64,000 nucleotides of DNA. Origin: Candidatus Blackburnbacteria bacterium (lineage in GTDB: Bacteria > Patescibacteriota > Microgenomatia > UBA8517 > UBA10165). Shown in pieces: positions 37,640 through 47,167 of the stretch. The first letter of the stretch is position 1. Each line of letters starts with the position of its first letter. The position numbers were made by a program, and so were the translations under genes. Below the pieces are notes generated by a model. That model was not told the origin of the DNA, did not search any database, and saw only the letters and a program-made list of their open reading frames with translations. Location of the stretch: positions 358,479 through 422,478 of the forward strand of contig JACPEJ010000001.1 in NCBI GenBank assembly GCA_016183565.1, read 5' to 3'.

Positions 37640-38824
37640 CTAGCCTAGCAGGCGAGATATATTTTTACTAAAAATAATATTCCAGTCAAATTGTTTTACA
37701 TACTGCAAAGCGTTCTTCCTATATTCTTTCCATAACTTACGGTTAGATAAAAGTTTAATTACAGCATCTGCGAATGATTCGGTACTAAAATTAACGACCA
37801 TGCTACACCTTGCTTTCTGGATTTCTTTGGCAATAGAAGGTGCCTTCGTTGTTATAACTGGTATGCCAAGGGAAAGATACTCCTTAATTTTAGCGGGATC
37901 AGCGTTTTTGGCAGGGGGGTTGTTTTTTGTGCGGTATGGGGCAAGTGCAATTGCTGAATTGGAAATAATATTCAATGCAGTTTTGTTGCTTTCAACAAAT
38001 CCATGAAATTTAATCATTTGATTTACTTGAAGTTTCTGCGCTAGCTGTTTTAGATATTCCAACTGTTCTCCTCCACCAACAATTTCCAGGGTAACGTCAG
38101 GAATGGTTTTTGCAATGATTGGCAGAGCTTTAATTGCCAAATCTACTCCTCGAAAAGCTACAAGGTGTCCAATAAATACGAGTTTTGTTTTTTTTATTCT
38201 ATTCAACGGGATTATATTTCTTTGGTTTAACCATACACCTATTGGAACTGTAAACTGTCTGGAATGACCTGTTTCCGGTATACCGTTTTCTGCTCTAAAC
38301 CTTTTCATAAATGGTGAGACGTTCCAAGTTTCATCACAGTTCGCAACGCATAATTTGTCAAGTTTGTGATATATCCAATTGATAAATGTATTGCTAAACC
38401 TCTCTGGGTACAAATCAATTGTGTAATATATGACCTTATTTACTTTCCCAAGTTTTTTGAGCACCAAGCCCGCTAGAGCATTTAGGTTGTTAATGCCAAA
38501 ATATAAATCGTAAGTATTTCTTGATTTGAGTATCCAATATGTTGTGTAGAGAAAATCTTTAATATAGTGGCCTGACTCAGGAAGTATGACCCGAGGTGCT
38601 TTTGAAGTTTTTACAGGAGAGTTTCCATTGTAATGTTCAACTTCAGAGTGGAGCTTGTAACTTTCTTTAAGCAAAAGAAGTGGATGCTTAATATACAATA
38701 GAGACTTGCAGTTGTGTGTTAGCAGAAACCTTTTTAAGTCATCTCCTGGTATACAAGGCATTATTGATCTGTGTGTAACGATAGCTATATTCTTGCTTCC
38801 CAGGTTTATCTTTGGTCTGCCCAT
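37640..38824 (-). CDS. GT4 glycosyltransferase
   Basis: YYTID, GHLVAFRG and ADPAKIKEYLSLGIPV motifs; paralog of 33254 gene. Confidence 0.85.
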   Translation of the reverse strand: MGRPKINLGSKNIAIVTHRSIMPCIPGDDLKRFLLTHNCKSLLYIKHPLLLLKESYKLHSEVEHYNGNSPVKTSKAPRVILPESGHYIKDFLYTTYWILKSRNTYDLYFGINNLNALAGLVLKKLGKVNKVIYYTIDLYPERFSNTFINWIYHKLDKLCVANCDETWNVSPFMKRFRAENGIPETGHSRQFTVPIGVWLNQRNIIPLNRIKKTKLVFIGHLVAFRGVDLAIKALPIIAKTIPDVTLEIVGGGEQLEYLKQLAQKLQVNQMIKFHGFVESNKTALNIISNSAIALAPYRTKNNPPAKNADPAKIKEYLSLGIPVITTKAPSIAKEIQKARCSMVVNFSTESFADAVIKLLSNRKLWKEYRKNALQYVKQFDWNIIFSKNISRLLG

Positions 38825-38880
38825 CTGTTAATTTTACCTAATATGCCGACAAAATGTTAGAATTTGTTAATCGTACTAGC

Positions 38881-39699
38881 ATGAACAGAATTAAAGTGTC
38901 GGTTTTGATGCCTGTCTACAATGCAGAAAAGTATGTAGATTTTGCAATCCAAAGCATACTTGGACAAACTTTTCGCAATTTCGAGTTTGTCATTGTCGAT
39001 GACTACTCGACTGACAAAAGCTGGGAGATTATTAAAAAATATGCCAAACTGGACAAGCGAATCATTGTACTTAGAAATAGAGAAAATTTGAGAACTACAA
39101 AGAGCCTTAATCGGGGATTGAAACTTGCCAGGGGTAAGTATGTTGCTCGTATGGACGCTGACGATTGGAGTTATCCTGATAGATTAGAAAAGCAATTTCA
39201 GTTTATGGAACAACATCTAATGGTTGGAGTTAGTGGAGGAACTATTGAGATCTGTGACAGAAACCTGAAAGTTTTGAATCTTCGGAGATATCCATTAAAT
39301 GATCAAGCGGCCAGAAAAATAATTTTTAGATACAGCCCTTTTGCACATCCTGTCACAATATGGAGAACAGAGGTTATAAAGAGGGTGGGTGGTTACAATG
39401 AAAATATACCATTAAGCCAAGATTACGAGTTGTACTTCAGGATAGGAAAAGTATCAAAATTTGCTAACCTTCCGGATGTGTTGTTAAAGTTGCGAACGCA
39501 TAATAATTCAAGTTCGATAGTGAGAGGAAAGTATCAAGAACAGTATGCGCTTTACTCGAGAATTAAGGCATTTTTAGAATATGGGTATGACATGACAACT
39601 GCTGATAAATTTTATTCCTTTTTTCAAATGTTGAGCATTGTAATAGTTCCACCAAAAATAAAGTTTTGGCTATTCAATTTCTTGAGGAGAGCAAGGTAA
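38881..39699 (+). CDS. GT2 glycosyltransferase
   Basis: SVLMPVYNAE, ARMDADD, HP and QDYEL motifs. Confidence 0.9.
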   Translation: MNRIKVSVLMPVYNAEKYVDFAIQSILGQTFRNFEFVIVDDYSTDKSWEIIKKYAKLDKRIIVLRNRENLRTTKSLNRGLKLARGKYVARMDADDWSYPDRLEKQFQFMEQHLMVGVSGGTIEICDRNLKVLNLRRYPLNDQAARKIIFRYSPFAHPVTIWRTEVIKRVGGYNENIPLSQDYELYFRIGKVSKFANLPDVLLKLRTHNNSSSIVRGKYQEQYALYSRIKAFLEYGYDMTTADKFYSFFQMLSIVIVPPKIKFWLFNFLRRAR

Positions 39700-41558
39700 T
39701 GTGTGCTATAGCTGGTTATTGTGGAGACGGAAATAAAGCATGCCTTGAGAAAATGCTTCAAATTCTCAAACATCGTGGTCCTGATGATAGCGGAATATTT
39801 ATAAATGGGTATGTTGGATTGGGCAGTAACAGACTTTCGATAATAGATCTATCCGCAAGAGGCCATCAACCTATATTCAACGAAGATAATTCAATTTGTA
39901 TTGTTTACAACGGTGAAGTCTACAACTTTCAAGCCCTAAGAAAGAAACTCGAGCGCAAACATAAATTTAGATCTCACACAGATACAGAAGTGATACTTCA
40001 TGCTTACGAAGAGTGGGGTATCGATTGTCTAAAGGTGTTAAACGGGATGTTCGCGTTTGTTATTTATGACAAAAACAAAGACTTGCTGTTTGGGGCAAGG
40101 GACAGGCTTGGAGAAAAACCCTTAAAATATTTCTGGGACGGCAAACTTTTTGCGTTTGCATCGGAGATAAAAGGGCTTTTGCCAATTGTAAAAAAGCGAG
40201 AAATACATTCAGAGGCGATTGACGACTACCTAACTCTTCAATATATTCCCTCTCCAAAAACTGGTTTTAAAAATATTTTCAAGGTTCCGGCTGGGCATTA
40301 TTTTATTTTCAAAAGTGGGAAACTGGTAGTTAAGAGATATTGGGGGCTAGATTATTCTCAAAAGTTGAAGCTAAAGGAGGAAGAGTGGGAGGAGATAATT
40401 TTTGAAAAGATTAATGAGTCAGTTGCAAGTCGAACGATATCCGATGTGCCAATTGGCGCTTTTTTGTCGGGGGGTGTTGATTCAAGCACTATAGTTGCTT
40501 TTCTTAGTCAGGACATAAACTCGAAACTTAAAACATTCAGTATCGGTTTTGAAGACCCTCGATTTGACGAAAGCAAATGTGCACTACAGATTGCAAAGCA
40601 ATATCACACCGAGCACTCCCTCTTGAAAGTTGGGTTAAAGGAGATGGAGGGTGTCTTTACCCATTTGGCTGACTATTATGATGAACCTTTTGCAGATAAC
40701 TCTAGTATTCCCACGATAATACTATCGCGATTTGCAAGGAAGGACGTAAAAGTTGCACTAAGCGGTGATGGAGGAGATGAGAATTTTGGAGGATACGAAC
40801 GGTACAGTGTTGTAAGGTTTTCAGAAAGTTACAAACGAGTTTTGAAAATGGCACGAGGTTTGGTTAAAAGCATAAGTGGCATTGGCGCAAAATTACACAA
40901 AAGCCAACTTTTGGATAGAATGAATATTTTTGCCTTAAGCTTTGATGACCCTTTCTATAAAAAGTATGTATATTACAACTGTTTTTTTAAACATAACGAC
41001 AAAAGAGCACTTTACTCAAGGGAATTTTTAAGCCGAATTTGCAAAAACGATACATTTAATATTTTTAGAAATTTCTATAATAGAAAATTGAGCGATTTGG
41101 ATAACGCTTTAAGCATAGACATCCAGTCTTATCTGCCTGAAGATCTTTTGTATAAAATGGACACGAGTTCTATGAGTGCTTCTTTAGAAGTGCGAGCACC
41201 GTTTCTTAATCACGAACTTTTCGAGTTAACTGCCAAAATGCCAGACAAACTAAAAGTACGGCTTTTTGAGAAAAAATACATTTTCAAAAAAATGCTTGGT
41301 AAAAAGCAGATACTCTTACCGGGGATATTAAACCGAAGAAAGCAAGGTTTTGTTGCTCCAATTGAGCAATGGATGAGGGGGGACCTTGGAAATTTTGTGA
41401 TAGATCAGACAACCTCTAAAAAAAACAAACAGATGAATATCTTTGATTCTTCAAAAATTGAGATATATTTGTCTGACTATTTAGCTGGCAAGCACAACGA
41501 AAACAATAATATCTTTGCTTTATTTTCTTTGTGTTCATGGATAAATAAATATTTTTAA
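39699..41558 (+). CDS. asnB: Asparagine synthase (glutamine-hydrolysing)-like amidotransferase, probably glycan amidation
   Basis: N-terminal MCAIAG, HRGPD, RLSIIDL, NGEVYN, LSGGVDS, SGDGGDE and EVRAPFL motifs. Confidence 0.9.
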   Translation: MCAIAGYCGDGNKACLEKMLQILKHRGPDDSGIFINGYVGLGSNRLSIIDLSARGHQPIFNEDNSICIVYNGEVYNFQALRKKLERKHKFRSHTDTEVILHAYEEWGIDCLKVLNGMFAFVIYDKNKDLLFGARDRLGEKPLKYFWDGKLFAFASEIKGLLPIVKKREIHSEAIDDYLTLQYIPSPKTGFKNIFKVPAGHYFIFKSGKLVVKRYWGLDYSQKLKLKEEEWEEIIFEKINESVASRTISDVPIGAFLSGGVDSSTIVAFLSQDINSKLKTFSIGFEDPRFDESKCALQIAKQYHTEHSLLKVGLKEMEGVFTHLADYYDEPFADNSSIPTIILSRFARKDVKVALSGDGGDENFGGYERYSVVRFSESYKRVLKMARGLVKSISGIGAKLHKSQLLDRMNIFALSFDDPFYKKYVYYNCFFKHNDKRALYSREFLSRICKNDTFNIFRNFYNRKLSDLDNALSIDIQSYLPEDLLYKMDTSSMSASLEVRAPFLNHELFELTAKMPDKLKVRLFEKKYIFKKMLGKKQILLPGILNRRKQGFVAPIEQWMRGDLGNFVIDQTTSKKNKQMNIFDSSKIEIYLSDYLAGKHNENNNIFALFSLCSWINKYF

Positions 41559-42274
41559 TGGCCATCTTAAAAAAACTCTTCCCATTTTTAAGAAACGATG
41601 AAAGGAGAGAAATTTGGGTTTGCCAAAAACTGGCTTCAATTCCAAAGAGGGAAAAAATCTTAGATGTTGGTGCAGGAGAGTGTCGATATAAAAAATACTG
41701 CCAGCATTTGCTCTACAAAAGCCAAGACTTTGGACAGTATACAGGACAGGGCGACTATTCTGGTCTGCAGACTGGTACATGGGATACCTCAAAGATTGAT
41801 ATAATCTCTGATATAACAAATATTCCCGTTTCAAGTAGTTCTTATGACAATATATTGTGCACTGAGGTTCTTGAACACATACCATATCCCGATATGGCAA
41901 TAAAAGAGATATCAAGAATTTTGAAAAAAGGTGGTAGACTTATTTTGACGGCTCCATTTTGCTCGCTAACTCACATGTCGCCCTATTTTTACTGCACTGG
42001 ATTTAGTATTAGTTGGTATAATCGAATCTTAAAAGAAAATAAACTAGACATTGTTGAAATGGAGGCAAATGGGAATTTTTTTGATTTTGTATCTCAGGAA
42101 CTTGCTCGTTTGCCTCTTACGCTTAAAAAGTATTCCTTCTTGGGGCTTCTGGCGCTGATTTTATACATGCTTCTACTACCGATAATTCTATTGGTTTCTT
42201 TACTTTCCTACCTGGATAAAGGCTCAGAAAAGCAGCTTTGCTTCGGGTGGCATGTCTTAGCTAAAAAATGTTGA
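41558..42274 (+). CDS. Class I SAM methyltransferase (type 11)
   Basis: LDVGAG, CTEVLEH and RILKKGG motifs. Confidence 0.85.
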   Translation: MAILKKLFPFLRNDERREIWVCQKLASIPKREKILDVGAGECRYKKYCQHLLYKSQDFGQYTGQGDYSGLQTGTWDTSKIDIISDITNIPVSSSSYDNILCTEVLEHIPYPDMAIKEISRILKKGGRLILTAPFCSLTHMSPYFYCTGFSISWYNRILKENKLDIVEMEANGNFFDFVSQELARLPLTLKKYSFLGLLALILYMLLLPIILLVSLLSYLDKGSEKQLCFGWHVLAKKC

Positions 42275-43899
42275 TTAATACTTTAAAAAAATTGCTACCT
42301 TTTCTATCACTCGCAGTGGTAGTAGTTTTTGTTTTTAAAGATTTGCCGCAAACTTTCTATCAGCAGGACGAGTGGAACGGGTTGGGGCTAGCCCTTGCTG
42401 AAGGGTCGAGATCCATTTTGAATGGTGTCCAAAGTGTTATCAGTATTTTCCTTGGTAAGGGACGGTTGATATCTAATGGGATTTTTTATTTATTCCTCTA
42501 CGGGTTCCCTTTTCAGAATTCTCAAATGGCAATTTTTGCTATTTTTTTGCACCTGATTGCAACATCTCTAGTATATTTTCTTGTAAATAGATTTCTCAAA
42601 AATTCCACTATTTCATTTTTAGGAGCGCTATTTTTTGCTGTGAACTCAGTCTCACATGGTGCTGTTACCTGGCCTTTTGTTGCAACAAGCGCTGTGGGGT
42701 CTAGTATTTTTGTTCTTTTAGCAACACTTTTTTTCTTTAGATATATAGATACCACTAAGACAAAGTGGTTATTTCTAGCAGGTCTGTTGCTTTATCTCTC
42801 TTTGTGGTTTAAAGAAACCGGACTCTACATGTTTATTTTCCTTCCATTTGCAACACTTATCTTTAAGAAGTACGAGCCCTTAATTTTTCTGAAAAAATTT
42901 TGGTTGTTTCTACTGCCATTCCTATTAATTGTTGGTTATAGAGTTTTGGAACTTCGCCTTAGAATAACAGGCTCAAACCTTTATATCACAGGTAACAACG
43001 ACAACTTCTTTTTAACCTTAATAATTCGCGCGATTTTATATCCTCTTACTTCTTTTTCGCTAATGTTTGTGCCAGGAAATCACTTTATAGAATTTGCCAG
43101 AGAAGTAGTGCATGATAACTACCCATTTTTTGCCGGTGCTCCCAACTTTGTATTAATCGCACAATCTGCAATTTTAGATATCCTTGCCGTAGTTCTGACA
43201 GGCTTCATTATTTTTGTAATCTTTTTATTTTTAAGGAAAGAGAAGTCTGAAAACATTAATATTGTTATATTCTGGTTAGCATTCTCGCTCTTTAGTTTTA
43301 TTCCTTACATTGTACTTGCTAAAGATTTTTCATACCTTGAGTCGAGATATTACTATGTTTCGGTCGCAGGCGGGTCTTTTTTGCTAGCATGGTTGCTTCA
43401 AAGGCTTAGACAAATTATTGGGAAGGTAGGATTTTTGGTTTTTGTTGCACCGCTTTATGTGTTTTTTCTCTGGTGGCATGTGAATACAGTAAGGGCCGCT
43501 ATCTCTGAGCAGGTGGTGTTAAGCAATATACGAAATAATTTTATTATCCAGTTAAGAGAACAGCTGCCCACGCTGAATGCTAAAAAAAATATCTTTTATG
43601 TTACTAGTGATAAAAATTACTGGGCGGATACAAATATGCTTCCTTTTCAGCAGGGTTCGGGATATACTCTTATGGTCTTATATTACTATTCCGGAAAAAT
43701 ACCAAGTGAGTTTTTAAAAAATGGGTATCTATTTGAGATCGGGAGTCAAGGATACAAGGAGTCGGGCGATTTAGGCTTTGGTTTCTTCTGGAATAAAGAA
43801 GAACTTACAAAAGCTATGGAAACCCACAAACTTCCTGAAAATAGTATAATTTACTTAAGTTACAATTCCAAAAAAGAAAGTGTGACTATATCTAAATGA
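42268..43899 (+). CDS. GT-C-fold membrane glycosyltransferase (GtrII-like)
   Basis: FYQQDEW after TM1, FKETG and ESRYYY motifs; soluble C-terminal domain. Confidence 0.65.
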   Translation: MLINTLKKLLPFLSLAVVVVFVFKDLPQTFYQQDEWNGLGLALAEGSRSILNGVQSVISIFLGKGRLISNGIFYLFLYGFPFQNSQMAIFAIFLHLIATSLVYFLVNRFLKNSTISFLGALFFAVNSVSHGAVTWPFVATSAVGSSIFVLLATLFFFRYIDTTKTKWLFLAGLLLYLSLWFKETGLYMFIFLPFATLIFKKYEPLIFLKKFWLFLLPFLLIVGYRVLELRLRITGSNLYITGNNDNFFLTLIIRAILYPLTSFSLMFVPGNHFIEFAREVVHDNYPFFAGAPNFVLIAQSAILDILAVVLTGFIIFVIFLFLRKEKSENINIVIFWLAFSLFSFIPYIVLAKDFSYLESRYYYVSVAGGSFLLAWLLQRLRQIIGKVGFLVFVAPLYVFFLWWHVNTVRAAISEQVVLSNIRNNFIIQLREQLPTLNAKKNIFYVTSDKNYWADTNMLPFQQGSGYTLMVLYYYSGKIPSEFLKNGYLFEIGSQGYKESGDLGFGFFWNKEELTKAMETHKLPENSIIYLSYNSKKESVTISK

Positions 43900-44507
43900 T
43901 TAAAGCGGTTATTTTTGATTTAGACGGTGTGCTTGTTGATGCTACTGAATGGCATTTTGAGGCTCTTAATGATGCTCTCAAGCTTTTTGGCTTTGAGATA
44001 ACTCGTGATGAGCATGTTGGTTTTTATAATGGCCTTCCTACTGCGGAGAAGTTAAGGGTTCTTTCAGAAAAAAAGGCATTGCCAGTGGGTTTACATGAGG
44101 TTATAAAATCAATGAAGAGAAAATATACTGACGAAAGAGTGGCTCGGTTATGCAGGCCAAGTTATGAAAAGCAGTTAATGCTTCGCCAATTAAAAGCAAA
44201 AGGTTATAAATTAGCATGTTGTAGTAATGCACAAAAATATTCTGTTGTGAATATGCTTACATTCGCGGGGATTATCGATTTTTTTGATCTGGTAATCGGT
44301 AACGACGAAGGTTTTAAACCTAAACCAGCACCTGATATTTATTTGGCAGCTTTTGAACGCTTGAGTATCTTGCCTTCCGAAGCGGTTATAATAGAAGATG
44401 CTCCCCACGGGATTCAGTCGGCAAAGGCCTCTGGGGCAAGGGTAATTGAGGTTAAAGGATATCATGATGTGGACTTGTCGCTTTTTGCCAACTCGAAGGT
44501 AATCTAA
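43896..44507 (+). CDS. HAD-family phosphatase
   Basis: FDLDGVL, CSN, KPKPAPDIY and IEDAPHG motifs. Confidence 0.9.
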   Translation: MIKAVIFDLDGVLVDATEWHFEALNDALKLFGFEITRDEHVGFYNGLPTAEKLRVLSEKKALPVGLHEVIKSMKRKYTDERVARLCRPSYEKQLMLRQLKAKGYKLACCSNAQKYSVVNMLTFAGIIDFFDLVIGNDEGFKPKPAPDIYLAAFERLSILPSEAVIIEDAPHGIQSAKASGARVIEVKGYHDVDLSLFANSKVI

Positions 44508-45239
44508 ATGCAAAAAACACTTAATATAGTAATTCCTTTGGCCGGAGCTGGTTCAAGTTTCGTTAAAGCTGGATATAGTTTTCCTAAACCTTTAATCGAT
44601 ATAAATGGCAAGCCGATGATTCAAGCAGTAATTGAAAACCTTATTCCCAAGTTTAGTCATAGGTTTATTCTTATTTGTAGAGAAGAACATTATGAAAAGT
44701 ACTCACTTTACCAAATTTTTGCCAATGCTACCCGTGATAACTATGAGTGTGTTCGCCTCTTGGCTCCAACGCAGGGGGCTGCCTGTACTGTTCTAACAGC
44801 CGTTGATTATATAAACAATGATGATGAGCTTGTTATTGCCAACGCCGATCAGTTGGTGGATGTGAGTTTGGAAGACTTTGTCAAATTTGCTCGAGAGAAC
44901 AAGCTTGATGGTGCCTTAATGACATTTAATTCAAGTCATCCTCGGTGGAGTTATGCTCTTTCGGACAAAAGGGGGAATGTTTTAGAGGTTGCTGAAAAAC
45001 GAGTAATTTCTGATAATGCAACTGTTGGTCTTTACTACTTCCGAAAAGGGAGTTTTTTTGTAGAGAGTGCGGCAAAGATGATAGGGAAGGATATTAGGGT
45101 TAATGGTGAGTTCTATGTAAGCCCGGTATATAATGAGATGATACTAGCGGATAAGAAGATTAAGATATTGCCGATTGATAAAACAAAAATGCATAGTTTG
45201 GGTACACCGGAGGATTTGCGCGAATATCTAAAAAAATGA
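44508..45239 (+). CDS. Sugar-phosphate nucleotidyltransferase, BcbE-like
   Basis: IPLAGAGSSF..PKPLID, QGAACTV, NADQ, VAEK, EFYV and LGTPEDL motifs. Confidence 0.8.
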   Translation: MQKTLNIVIPLAGAGSSFVKAGYSFPKPLIDINGKPMIQAVIENLIPKFSHRFILICREEHYEKYSLYQIFANATRDNYECVRLLAPTQGAACTVLTAVDYINNDDELVIANADQLVDVSLEDFVKFARENKLDGALMTFNSSHPRWSYALSDKRGNVLEVAEKRVISDNATVGLYYFRKGSFFVESAAKMIGKDIRVNGEFYVSPVYNEMILADKKIKILPIDKTKMHSLGTPEDLREYLKK

Positions 45240-46042
45240 TTATTGTTGTTCCGATGGCAGGTAGAGGTTCCAGGTTTTTTGATGCTCAGCATCTCAATCC
45301 CGAGTATGCTAACCCTAAGCCATTGATTGCTATTCTTGGTAAACCTATGGTGTGTTGGGCTATTGAATCGCTTCCATTTATTGATTTGCCAAAAAGGCCA
45401 GCTAGTACAGAACTCAAGGTCCCAACTAGTAAACTTGTTTTTATTTGCAGGAGGGATCATGAAGATGAATTTGCAATTTCCTCCAAGCTTAAAGAAGTAT
45501 TCGCAGAGGATATAACAGTTCTCTTTGTCGATCAGATAACCCGAGGTGCTGCGGAGACTGTACTTATAGCAAAGGATTTGATAAACACAGATGAAGAAAT
45601 TATAATTTCTGACTCAGACCATTACTTTGACGGAACAAATCTTTACGAAGCAATACGTTCAAAAAATAGTGAAACCGTAGGCATAATTCCTGTTTTTCAG
45701 CCGCCTGACAACGAGCCTAAGTGGAGCTACACACTTTTTGACGAGAACAGAGTTGCTTCTGCTGTTGGAGAAAAAGACGCGGAGTTAGCTGCAAAAGGCG
45801 CTTGGGCGAATATTGGGGGGTATTACTTCTCAAAGGGGAAGATTTATGTTGAGGAGGCAGAGGAGATGATTGCAAATGGTGATATGTACGGAGCCGAGGG
45901 GAAGAAAGAGTTTTACCTTGCGCCGGTTTATGACAGACTTATTAAAAAAGGGCATAGGGTGGAGGTGGCACTTATTCCTCAAGTGTGGGGTTTGGGTACA
46001 CCTAAAGATGTAGAGTATTTTGAGAATAACTTCAAGCAATGA
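45236..46042 (+). CDS. Second BcbE-like nucleotidyltransferase
   Basis: PMAGRGSRF..PKPLI, RGAAETV, DSDH, VGEK, EFYL and LGTPKD motifs. Confidence 0.8.
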   Translation: MIIVVPMAGRGSRFFDAQHLNPEYANPKPLIAILGKPMVCWAIESLPFIDLPKRPASTELKVPTSKLVFICRRDHEDEFAISSKLKEVFAEDITVLFVDQITRGAAETVLIAKDLINTDEEIIISDSDHYFDGTNLYEAIRSKNSETVGIIPVFQPPDNEPKWSYTLFDENRVASAVGEKDAELAAKGAWANIGGYYFSKGKIYVEEAEEMIANGDMYGAEGKKEFYLAPVYDRLIKKGHRVEVALIPQVWGLGTPKDVEYFENNFKQ

Positions 46043-46380
46043 AAACTTATAGATTGAATGAGTTTAAAGGGGGTTGGTTTGTGGGTAATTTTTTACCAAC
46101 TATAATTGATACAAAGGAATGTGAGGTTGCTGTTAAAGTTTATAAGAAAGGTGACTTTGACGAAGCACACTATCACAAGTTAGCTGATGAGATAACTGTT
46201 GTGGTTTATGGAAAATGTAGTATTAATGGCCAAATTTATGGGCCGGGGGATATTATTTGGCTTGAGAGAAATGATGTTTCTAAATTTGAAGCATTGGAAG
46301 ATTCGGCAAATGTTATTGTAAAAATTCCCTCAGTAGTAGGTGATAAGTACGTGGTGGAATCAGAAGTTGCTGCGAAGTAA
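46039..46380 (+). CDS. Cupin-fold protein
   Basis: GGWFVGNF, HYHK..E and GPGDI motifs. Confidence 0.75.
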   Translation: MKTYRLNEFKGGWFVGNFLPTIIDTKECEVAVKVYKKGDFDEAHYHKLADEITVVVYGKCSINGQIYGPGDIIWLERNDVSKFEALEDSANVIVKIPSVVGDKYVVESEVAAK

Positions 46381-47061
46381 GTTGAGGGGAGATCCGGTTG
46401 ATGCTGCTCCAATTTCTAAAACCAGCGGTTCAGCAGAAATCTGGTGTCTGAGTTTAGCCATTCTTTGCCCATAAACCCTAAGCTTTTGTGCCTGATCCTC
46501 AGTTGGCAAACCGGTTATCCTGGCTGCACTAATGTGTAACATGTCTGTTATAAGAAGAGGCTTTAGCCCCTGACCTGTGTAGGCCTCGGCAAGTTCTTCC
46601 CTTGCTGCAAGTACCCATTCTGGTATTTCAAGAGCAGTTAAGAGTAAATTACCTTTATCAACCAGTAAATATTTGTATTCAATCGTTTTGCCAACTAGGC
46701 CGTTTAACAGTGCTCCAACAGATTGGCCATCTAGCACTTGTGCAAACTTCTGTTGCCTCTCGGCAACATCTGTGCCTTCGTATAGACCTTCTAGCAGAGT
46801 AGAGTGAAGTTTAAAGTCACGTCCAGCGAGAAAGAAGTCAACACCTAGCTCGTCTCCGATTGCAGTAATTTGGTTCCCAACTTTTTCTCTGAACCGAGCT
46901 TCGGAATCTGAAGTGAAGCATAGAGCGGTGTTGAATCGGTTATTTAGGCTTTCTGGAAAGCTGCTAAATTCCTGTATAGCTCCTTCTTGGTAGAGTGCTG
47001 CTGTTCCAGCACGATCTATTCCTGCGTATTTTCTACCGGTTCCACTGACACTTTCTGTCAT
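46360..47061 (-). CDS. 2H phosphoesterase superfamily protein
   Basis: Two Hx(S/T)h motifs (LHSTL and LHISA) about 90 aa apart. Confidence 0.65.
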   Translation of the reverse strand: MTESVSGTGRKYAGIDRAGTAALYQEGAIQEFSSFPESLNNRFNTALCFTSDSEARFREKVGNQITAIGDELGVDFFLAGRDFKLHSTLLEGLYEGTDVAERQQKFAQVLDGQSVGALLNGLVGKTIEYKYLLVDKGNLLLTALEIPEWVLAAREELAEAYTGQGLKPLLITDMLHISAARITGLPTEDQAQKLRVYGQRMAKLRHQISAEPLVLEIGAASTGSPLNLLRSNF

Positions 47062-47069
47062 GTGGGGAT

Positions 47070-47098
47070 ATTATAGTTGTTCGACAGAGATCAGTCAA
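47070..47098 (-). promoter_or_regulatory. sigma70 promoter TTGACT-17-TATAAT, ATG 8 nt downstream (leaderless)
   Basis: Near-consensus -35 and -10 at optimal spacing. Confidence 0.75.
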
Positions 47099-47167
47099 GT
47101 TCTCGGTTTGGATTACGGAAAGCGCCTGGGTACCTAAAGGTGGGTGCCAAATTGAGGTGGTAAATAG

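Noticed and set aside
47138-47147. Hairpin GGTACCTA-AAGG-TGGGTGCC in the gap between GDPD and 2H genes (3' arm given) as a terminator
   Set aside because: Pairs only through G-U on the plus strand, whereas both genes are on the minus strand
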